NCBI GenBank assembly: GCA_003482855.1
Contig: DMXO01000004.1
Location: 141,464 to 205,463 of the forward strand
Reading direction: 5' to 3'
DNA: 64,000 bases
From: Candidatus Magasanikiibacteriota bacterium
GTDB taxonomy: Bacteria; Patescibacteriota; Patescibacteriia; Magasanikbacterales; UBA922
In this document: piece by piece, positions 57,843 through 64,000 of the stretch
Numbering within the stretch: position 1 is the first letter of the stretch
Layout of the letters: each line of letters begins with the position of its first letter
Translations under genes and position numbers: made by a program
The notes under the pieces: generated by a model
Told to the model about the DNA's origin: nothing
The model's database searches: none
The model's input: the letters and a program-made list of their open reading frames with translations, nothing else

Positions 57843-58346
57843 ATGTTTGATATACATCCGGTCATGTGGTTTTCCAATATGGCTCCAGAATGGGCAGTCT
57901 TTTTATTATCCATGATACCTTTGACTGAACTTCGCGCTTCTATACCTATAGGAATAGAGGTATATCATTTGGCTATTTGGAAAGTTTGGCTTATAGCTGT
58001 TGCTGGAGATTTTCTTCCTGCCTTGTGTATTTTGTATCTTGTGCCACATCTTCATGACTGGATTATGCGGCATAAATTTTTTGGGCGATTATTTACCAAG
58101 AGGCTCAAATATGCTGAAAAAGCTTTTTCTGGGAAATATGCAAAGTATGGCGCGATTGGTCTCATCATATTTATAGGTGTTCCTCTTCCTTTTACCGGTT
58201 CGTGGACAGGTAGTTTGGTTGCATTTATTTTCAACATCCCTTTCAAAAAGTCATGGTGGCTTATCTTGAGTGGTGTATGTATGGCAGCCACGCTTGTTAC
58301 ATTGATCACTTTATTTGCAGGTGGGACTTTAAGGGCGATATTTTAA
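57843..58346 (+). CDS. Small multidrug export family (COG2426) membrane protein
   Basis: P.TELRASIP, FIGVPLPFTGSWTG. Confidence 0.88.
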   Translation: MFDIHPVMWFSNMAPEWAVFLLSMIPLTELRASIPIGIEVYHLAIWKVWLIAVAGDFLPALCILYLVPHLHDWIMRHKFFGRLFTKRLKYAEKAFSGKYAKYGAIGLIIFIGVPLPFTGSWTGSLVAFIFNIPFKKSWWLILSGVCMAATLVTLITLFAGGTLRAIF

Positions 58347-58405
58347 TTGTGATGAAGATTGAGTTACAGGTAAAATTATTTTGATAAAAAATCGCCTGAC
58401 TGGCT

Positions 58406-59377
58406 TTATTGTATGATAAGAAGCGCTATCTCCGGAGGGTTGAAGAGTCGTGCGCGGGTTCCTGTCTCTCCGATGCCACTCGTTACAAATAACTTCATAT
58501 TGTTAATATTGTGAAGTCCTTTGTGCCATTTGGCAGGGACATCTTCCACACGTGCTACAGGACCTATGAAAGGAAGACGAATTTGTCCACCATGTGTATG
58601 TCCCGATAGCATAATGTCTATATCTTTAAGTTTTAAAATTTCTGGTATTGCGGCAGGATTATGCATGAGTAATATTGTGGGAATATCTGAATTATCGCGC
58701 ATATTAAGTTTCGAAAAATCATGTACACCACCCCACCATTCATCTGCCCCAAAGAGATACAACTGCTCGTCATTGACCGAAATTATTTCAAGATCATTTT
58801 GTAAATAGTGGATACCTAGTTTTTCCACCGCTTCTCTGGCTTCTTTGCTTACGTCAGCTACTCTGTATTTAGGATTTTCTATAGCTTTGCCACCGCCAAT
58901 GCCATATTCATGATTACCATGTATTGCATATGTAGGGATTTGTTCTGCTAGTTGTTTTAGAGGCTCTAGGTATCTAAATTCTTCTGGCCTGTATGTCGCA
59001 TTATCTACCTGATCTCCAGCCAGGAGCACTATATCGGGATGTAGCGCAAGTGTTTTGTCTACTATTTTTTGGATCCACAATGTTTCTTTGTATGAGCCAA
59101 TCTGCATGTCTGATATAAGGGCTATGCGGATAGGTTTTTTTATTTCTTCGAGATCTATATTTTTGTAGTTTATAACGATAATTTTTGGCTCTATAAAACT
59201 ACCCCAAACAAATATAGCTGTCCCTGTGAAAAAAATGAGGGATAGTATGAGAGAATACATTTTATTTTTGTATTCCCAGCTTTGTGGACGCTGGGACCTA
59301 CTATACAATAAAATAACTGCGGGGTAAGCAGTCATAATAAGGCCAATAGTTATAAGGAGATCAAAAAATAAATGCAT
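58406..59377 (-). CDS. Membrane-anchored metallophosphoesterase (YkuE-like)
   Basis: SDMQ, AGD.VD, GNHEY, MHNP, SGHTHGGQ, R.FNPPE. Confidence 0.92.
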   Translation of the reverse strand: MHLFFDLLITIGLIMTAYPAVILLYSRSQRPQSWEYKNKMYSLILSLIFFTGTAIFVWGSFIEPKIIVINYKNIDLEEIKKPIRIALISDMQIGSYKETLWIQKIVDKTLALHPDIVLLAGDQVDNATYRPEEFRYLEPLKQLAEQIPTYAIHGNHEYGIGGGKAIENPKYRVADVSKEAREAVEKLGIHYLQNDLEIISVNDEQLYLFGADEWWGGVHDFSKLNMRDNSDIPTILLMHNPAAIPEILKLKDIDIMLSGHTHGGQIRLPFIGPVARVEDVPAKWHKGLHNINNMKLFVTSGIGETGTRARLFNPPEIALLIIQ

Positions 59378-59382
59378 ACGAG

Positions 59383-59464
59383 TGCCCGAGGAGAGAATCG
59401 AACTCTCACTCCGTGAGGAACACGATTTTGAGTCGTGCGCGTCTACCAATTCCGCCACTCGGGC
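59383..59464 (-). tRNA. tRNA-Leu (CAA)
   Basis: GCCCGAG/CTCGGGC acceptor; CACGA-CTCAAAA-TCGTG anticodon arm; long variable arm. Confidence 0.95.
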
Positions 59465-59482
59465 TCATATTTTTGCCAACAT

Positions 59483-59524
59483 AGTATATCTTTTATTGTA
59501 GATTTTGTCAATTTTTGATATACT
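59483..59524. promoter_or_regulatory. Overlapping divergent promoters for tRNA-Leu (minus) and parA (plus)
   Basis: Minus: TTGACA(59511-06)-17-TATACT(59488-83). Plus: TTGTAG(59496)-17-TATACT(59519) with extended -10 TG. Confidence 0.65.
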
Positions 59525-59531
59525 TATCTAT

Positions 59532-60299
59532 ATGTCAAAAATAATTTCAGTGGTCAATCAAAAAGGTGGAGTAGGGAAGACGACTACCGCTGTCAATGTG
59601 GCCGCCTATTTATCAGAGCTTGGCAAATTTGTGTTACTGGTAGATATGGATCCACAGGGCAATGCAACGAGTGGCCTCGGTATTGATAGAAGTCGGTTGC
59701 CTCATGGTGTATACGAAGCACTCGCACGACAAAAGCGTATGCATGATACTGTTTACAATACTTCTCACGAAGGATTGCGCATCGCCCCTGCAACAGCAAA
59801 TTTAGCTGGAGCATCCGTTGAGCTTGTTGACATAGAGAGGAGAGAGTTTCAATTGCGTGATTTGTTGTCGGAAATCAAACACGGGTACGATTATATTATT
59901 ATTGATTGTCCTCCGTCGCTTGGGCTTCTCACTGTCAACAGTTTAGTTGCAGCCGATGAATTGCTTATTCCTGTTCAGGCAGAGTATTATGCACTTGAGG
60001 GTTTGGGACAATTATTACAAACCATTGATTTGGTGAAGACTCATATACATCCTGATCTCAAAGTATTGGGAGCAGTACTCACTATGTTTGACAAACGTAC
60101 ACGTCTTTCTACCGAGGTCATGAGTGAATTATACAAATATTTTCCGGATAATATTTTTCGATCAGTTATTCCACGGTCAGTGCGACTTGCCGAAGCGCCA
60201 AGTTTTGGTAAATCTATTTTGCATTATGAACCACATGGTAAGGGAGCAAAGGCATATGAGAGATTGGCAAAGGAAGTATTGGAAAGACACCAACAGTAA
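59532..60299 (+). CDS. parA: Chromosome partitioning ATPase ParA/Soj
   Basis: NQKGGVGKTTT, DMDPQGNAT, IDCPPSLG, EYYALEG, LAEAPS.G. Confidence 0.97.
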   Translation: MSKIISVVNQKGGVGKTTTAVNVAAYLSELGKFVLLVDMDPQGNATSGLGIDRSRLPHGVYEALARQKRMHDTVYNTSHEGLRIAPATANLAGASVELVDIERREFQLRDLLSEIKHGYDYIIIDCPPSLGLLTVNSLVAADELLIPVQAEYYALEGLGQLLQTIDLVKTHIHPDLKVLGAVLTMFDKRTRLSTEVMSELYKYFPDNIFRSVIPRSVRLAEAPSFGKSILHYEPHGKGAKAYERLAKEVLERHQQ

Positions 60300-60404
60300 A
60301 AAATTTCTAATTTCGAATTTTTAATTTAGAAACCCTTTAGACCCGAGTCGAGGACAATCTTTAATTAATTTCAAAATTTGTAATTTGAAATTCTAAATTA
60401 TATT

Positions 60405-61268
60405 ATGGCTTTAGGTAAAGGACTCAATTCACTTATACCCCAAACGACTAAACACATACGTAATGTGATACGAAGAGAAACGGGGATTGCAGACAATAAT
60501 GATAAAGTATGGCATATACCTCTTTCTGAGATTGTGCCAAATTCCGAACAACCGCGGAAAGAATTTGACCATGGTCAACTCGAAGATCTTGTCGCGTCAA
60601 TACAGAAGCACGGAATTTTGCAACCACTTGTAGTCACTGAGCGTGAAGATGGGGGATATGAACTTATTGCAGGAGAGAGACGTTTGCGTGCCGCGCAGAT
60701 TGCGGGACTTGTGTCAGTCCCTGCACTTGTTCGTAGCGCCACACAACAACAAAAACTTGAATTTGCTTTGGTAGAAAATATTCAACGACAAAATTTAAAT
60801 CCTGTAGAAGAGGCTTTTGCTTATACGCGTCTTATCAATGAGTTTAATCTCACTCAGGAAGAAGTGTCCGCTCAAGTTGGTAAAAGTAGGTCTGTTATAG
60901 CAAATACAGTCAGATTACTTGACCTGCCTGAGCAAATTCAAAAAGCATTAGTAAATGGAATTATTAGTTTTGCAAAAGCTCGTACTCTGCTCAGTCTCAA
61001 AGACGAAAAGGAACAAATGGACGTATTCAATAGTATGTCAGGTCAAAAAATTAGTGTACGTGATCTTGAACGCATGGTAGAACAAAAAGGCCCAGCTTCT
61101 CGCAAAGGATCAGTGCGGAGAGACCCCAATGTACGTGCTCAAGAAGAGTTATTAGAAGAACGTCTCGGTACCAAAGTTCGTATCACACAACGTGGCGAAC
61201 GGGGGACTATTATTATCGATTTCAATTCAAAAGGTGAATTGAAGAGATTGTTACAGGAGTTAAGTTAA
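60405..61268 (+). CDS. parB: Chromosome partitioning protein ParB/Spo0J
   Basis: LGKGL, PN..QPR, LIAGERRLRA, ENIQRQNLNP.EEA, HTH. Confidence 0.97.
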   Translation: MALGKGLNSLIPQTTKHIRNVIRRETGIADNNDKVWHIPLSEIVPNSEQPRKEFDHGQLEDLVASIQKHGILQPLVVTEREDGGYELIAGERRLRAAQIAGLVSVPALVRSATQQQKLEFALVENIQRQNLNPVEEAFAYTRLINEFNLTQEEVSAQVGKSRSVIANTVRLLDLPEQIQKALVNGIISFAKARTLLSLKDEKEQMDVFNSMSGQKISVRDLERMVEQKGPASRKGSVRRDPNVRAQEELLEERLGTKVRITQRGERGTIIIDFNSKGELKRLLQELS

Positions 61269-61283
61269 AATATCTTTCATTTA

Positions 61284-61308
61284 AAAAACTGCGCCCCAAC
61301 GCAGTTTT
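61284..61308. terminator. Bidirectional terminator between parB and rel
   Basis: AAAAACTGCG-CCCCAA-CGCAGTTTTT. Confidence 0.75.
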
Positions 61309-62807
61309 TATTTATTTTTTTTGGGCAATACTGACCGCAAAAATCCTGATAGGCTGCCTCTCCCATTTTTTTTCAGTGCATTACGGATATGTATTTTTGC
61401 TGTTTGAGTTTTGGCAATATTCAACCAGTCAGGACTTGGTGATTTTCTATTTTTGTCTGTGGTAATTTCAACGACGTCGCCATTATTGAGTTCAGTATCA
61501 AGACTCACCATTTTTTCATTCACGATGGCGCCTATACATTTATTGCCAATCTCAGAATGAATATGGTAAGCGAAATCAATAGTCGTCGCCCCTTCGGGTA
61601 GGTCGATGACATCTCCTTTGGGCGTGAATACAAAAATGCGTGTTTGCAAAAAATCTACTTTTATTTCCTCAAGATCAGATAATTTGGTCAATATTTCTTT
61701 TTGAATTTCAGCCAATTCTTTTGCCCATTTGATGTCTTTTGTGGGCATACGACTACCACGCTCATCGTAATGCCAATGCGCTGCAATACCAAATTCTGCG
61801 TTTTCATGCATATCAAGAGTTCGAATTTGGAATTCTATTGGTTCACCTCCCTCGCCAAATACTGTGGTATGAAGTGATTGATACCCATTTGGTTTTGGCT
61901 GAGAAATATAATCCTTTATTCTCCCTTTGAATGGTTTCCAAATATTATGAAGTATGCCGAGTGTCGCATAACATTCAGCAACAGTATTTACAATGATGCG
62001 TATAGCGAGGATATCATAAATATTTTTTGGGTCATTGTCTTTTTTAAGTAATTTTGTATACAAACTATATAGACGTTTATTTCTTCCATGTATAGAGATG
62101 GGGTGTATATCAGCTTTATTCAATTCATCCTTTGTGATATCCATGATACGTGCAAAATATTGCTCTTTGCCTTGTAATTTTTCGTCTCGAATTTTTTTTA
62201 TTCGTTCGTATTCTTTTGGATACACAAATTCAAATGAGAGGTCTTCAAGCTGGCCTTTGATTTCATCCATACCAAGACGGTTGGCGATAGGTGCGTAGAT
62301 TTCAAGACTCTCTAGAGCAATGCGATAGCGTTTTTGTGGTGGTAGGGCTCCTAATGTGGTGAGGTTGTGTATCCTATCAGCAAATTTGATGATCATCACA
62401 CGCACATCTTCTGCCATAGCTATAAACATTTTGCGCAGATTTTCAATATATCGTTCAACCCCTCTATATTTTAATTTTCCCAATTTGGTAATACCTCGCA
62501 CAAGAGAAGACACTTCACTCCCAAAATTTTTTTCAATCTCATCGAGACTTCTGTCTGTATCTTCTGGCACGTCATGAAGTAGTGTAGCCACGACAATGAC
62601 AGGATCTATGTGCATATCAGCAAGGAAATGGGCGGCAGCCAATGGGTGGATAATGTATGGTTCTCCTGATTTGCGTGTTTGTCCCTTGTGAGCCTCTGCC
62701 GCATAATCATAAGCAAGCTGTACTAATTCTATGTCAGCCTGAGGATCATATGTATTGATTTTTTTTATCAAAGATTCAATTGTTTGTTCTTTTTTGTCAG
62801 TATCCAT
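61308..62807 (-). CDS. rel: RelA/SpoT family (p)ppGpp synthetase/hydrolase (HD-SYNTH-TGS, no ACT)
   Basis: RKSGEPYIIHP, LHDVPED, RIKDYI..PKPNGYQSLHT, EFQIRT, FTPKG..DFAY.IH. Confidence 0.93.
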   Translation of the reverse strand: MDTDKKEQTIESLIKKINTYDPQADIELVQLAYDYAAEAHKGQTRKSGEPYIIHPLAAAHFLADMHIDPVIVVATLLHDVPEDTDRSLDEIEKNFGSEVSSLVRGITKLGKLKYRGVERYIENLRKMFIAMAEDVRVMIIKFADRIHNLTTLGALPPQKRYRIALESLEIYAPIANRLGMDEIKGQLEDLSFEFVYPKEYERIKKIRDEKLQGKEQYFARIMDITKDELNKADIHPISIHGRNKRLYSLYTKLLKKDNDPKNIYDILAIRIIVNTVAECYATLGILHNIWKPFKGRIKDYISQPKPNGYQSLHTTVFGEGGEPIEFQIRTLDMHENAEFGIAAHWHYDERGSRMPTKDIKWAKELAEIQKEILTKLSDLEEIKVDFLQTRIFVFTPKGDVIDLPEGATTIDFAYHIHSEIGNKCIGAIVNEKMVSLDTELNNGDVVEITTDKNRKSPSPDWLNIAKTQTAKIHIRNALKKNGRGSLSGFLRSVLPKKNK

Positions 62808-62869
62808 ATATATGTTTATATCATTTTTGTTAATTTTTTGCAAGATAAAGCGTTTTTTGTTACATACTA

Positions 62870-62898
62870 TTGACAAAATAATAAAAATATGTTATAGT
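62870..62898 (+). promoter_or_regulatory. Consensus promoter of small unit 1
   Basis: TTGACA-17 bp-TATAGT with extended -10 TG; no CDS follows. Confidence 0.7.
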
Positions 62899-62902
62899 GC
62901 TC

Positions 62903-62974
62903 ATGGTAATAATAAGGTAGAGACCTAAACGCCTAAAGGAAACCCCAATCGTAAGACTGGGGTTTTCTCTTTTT
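62903..62974 (+). ncRNA. Candidate small RNA 1 (about 70 nt)
   Basis: Lies between a consensus promoter and a GTAA-capped terminator AAACCCCA...TGGGGTTTTCTCTTTTT. Confidence 0.45.
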
Positions 62975-63051
62975 ATTGTTATTCTAGCCATTTTTTTGTT
63001 TTTCTCGTATAGAGAACCTTGTTTTTTTTCTCATATTTGTTATACTATCTC

Positions 63052-63142
63052 GCGTAGCGGGTAGTGAACCTTATTATTACCATTCGGCATTGAGGTCATC
63101 ACTCTCGCTACATAATAGACACTCATTATGTGGGTGTTTTTT
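63052..63142 (+). ncRNA. Candidate small RNA 2 (about 90 nt hairpin RNA)
   Basis: TGTTATACT extended -10 at 63038-63046; hairpin GTAGCGG..AGTGA.ACCT/AGGT.TCACT.TCGCTAC; terminator GACACTCA/TGGGTGTTTTTT. Confidence 0.5.
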
Positions 63143-63147
63143 ATATC

Positions 63148-63177
63148 AAAAACCGTTCACTTGAAGTGGGCGGTTTT
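63148..63177 (-). terminator. Terminator of topA
   Basis: AAAACCGTTCAC-TTGAA-GTGGGCGGTTTT. Confidence 0.65.
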
Positions 63178-63195
63178 ATTTATATGAGCATGTTA

Positions 63196-63999
63196 TTATT
63201 TTTTCTTTCTGTATCCTCGTTTTTTTGTGGGGTTCTCTGCAAGCAATTGTTCACATTCTTTTTGTGTTAGGTCGCTTGGTTTTTTATCTTTTGGAATTTT
63301 TGCATTAGTTTTTGTAGTAGGATCAGTGATATATGGTCCATAGCGTCCATTGAGTACTTGGATAGATGACCCATCAAATATTTTTATAATTTTGTTTGCT
63401 TCTTCTTGTTTTTTTGCAGCAATTATTTCGTTTGCTTTCTCTTTGGTAATGGTGTATGGGTCTTCATTTTTGATTGAATAATATTTTTTTTGTATTTGTA
63501 TATAAGGTCCAAATTTTCCAATATTAACAATCATGTCGTCTCCCTGTTCGTTTTGACCGATGACGCGTGGTAGCGAGAGATAGTGAAGTGCTTCTTCGAG
63601 TGTTATCTCTTCGGTGGTTTTATCTTTGGGAAGCTTAGCAAATCTTGGTTTTTCATCATCATTTTTGTCACCCAATTGTACAAACGGTCCATAGCGTCCA
63701 ATGCGCACAAATATATGTTTTTGCGTCTTTGGATCAATACCAACTTCTCTCATGCCTACGGTCTCTTCTTTTGAGAGTTCATCGGTTTTCTTTTCTATAT
63801 TTTCATGGAATGGATGATAAAATGTCGATATGATGGGCTGCCAATCTTTTTTACCTTCCGCGATATCATCGAGGTTTCCTTCCATCTGTGCAGTGAATTG
63901 ATAATCAACAATATTTGCAAAGTGTTCTACAAGTAAGTCGTTCACCACATATGCGATATCAAGTGGTTTGAGTCGTTTTTCATCATCGCGTGTTACATA
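63196..63999 (-). CDS. topA: DNA topoisomerase I, C-terminal part (5' end beyond window)
   Basis: IVDYQFTAQME..LD.IA.G...W, then Topo-C repeats (GRYGPFVQ, GKFGPYI, GRYGPYI). Confidence 0.93.
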   Translation of the reverse strand, partial: YVTRDDEKRLKPLDIAYVVNDLLVEHFANIVDYQFTAQMEGNLDDIAEGKKDWQPIISTFYHPFHENIEKKTDELSKEETVGMREVGIDPKTQKHIFVRIGRYGPFVQLGDKNDDEKPRFAKLPKDKTTEEITLEEALHYLSLPRVIGQNEQGDDMIVNIGKFGPYIQIQKKYYSIKNEDPYTITKEKANEIIAAKKQEEANKIIKIFDGSSIQVLNGRYGPYITDPTTKTNAKIPKDKKPSDLTQKECEQLLAENPTKKRGYRKKK

Positions 64000-64000
64000 A

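Noticed and set aside
59378-59458. N-terminal extension of the metallophosphoesterase ORF (MAELVDAHDSKS...)
   Set aside because: It is the tRNA-Leu(CAA) sequence read in frame; the likely start is ATG 59377.
59532-61268. parAB as plasmid or prophage partition genes
   Set aside because: They are chromosomal Soj/Spo0J type among housekeeping genes; I did not spot a canonical parS palindrome nearby.
62903-62920. MVIIR micro-ORF as an ilv-type attenuator leader
   Set aside because: No co-oriented biosynthetic gene follows, and the ATG lies at or before the likely TSS.
63052-63142. SRP RNA or tmRNA
   Set aside because: It lacks the SRP GGAA-loop motif and tRNA-like ends or a tag ORF, and is too short for tmRNA.

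Overview
AT-rich bacterial chromosome segment with the gene content and style of a Patescibacteria (CPR/Parcubacteria) genome. It is possibly Magasanikbacteria-like, inferred from the GAGC-lipobox protein, DUF4012 protein, giant Cys-rich protein and lack of SD motifs. The backbone is housekeeping: gpmI, valS, tyrS, argS, aspS, rnc, nusB, rpmF, tsaC, rsmA, scpA/scpB, parA/parB, rel, topA, RNase P RNA and five tRNAs. There are also two surface-glycan loci and a 3091-aa Cys-rich exported protein. Best candidates for undescribed biology: (1) a tightly coupled cluster of amino-acid dehydrogenase, PaaK-like adenylating enzyme, ThiF, nitroreductase and 7TM histidine kinase (11.8-18.4 kb) that looks like a small-molecule signal synthase plus its receptor; (2) two tiny promoter-terminator units at 62.9-63.15 kb sharing a perfect 16-nt complementarity; (3) two GC-rich, highly structured mini-islands with perfect Shine-Dalgarno sites under host-type promoters; (4) a pervasive family of 7-9-bp tandem microrepeats, both intergenic and in-frame in essential genes, including 31-bp direct repeats flanking a small wHTH gene. 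All annotation is by motif recognition from the sequence; no searches were run.
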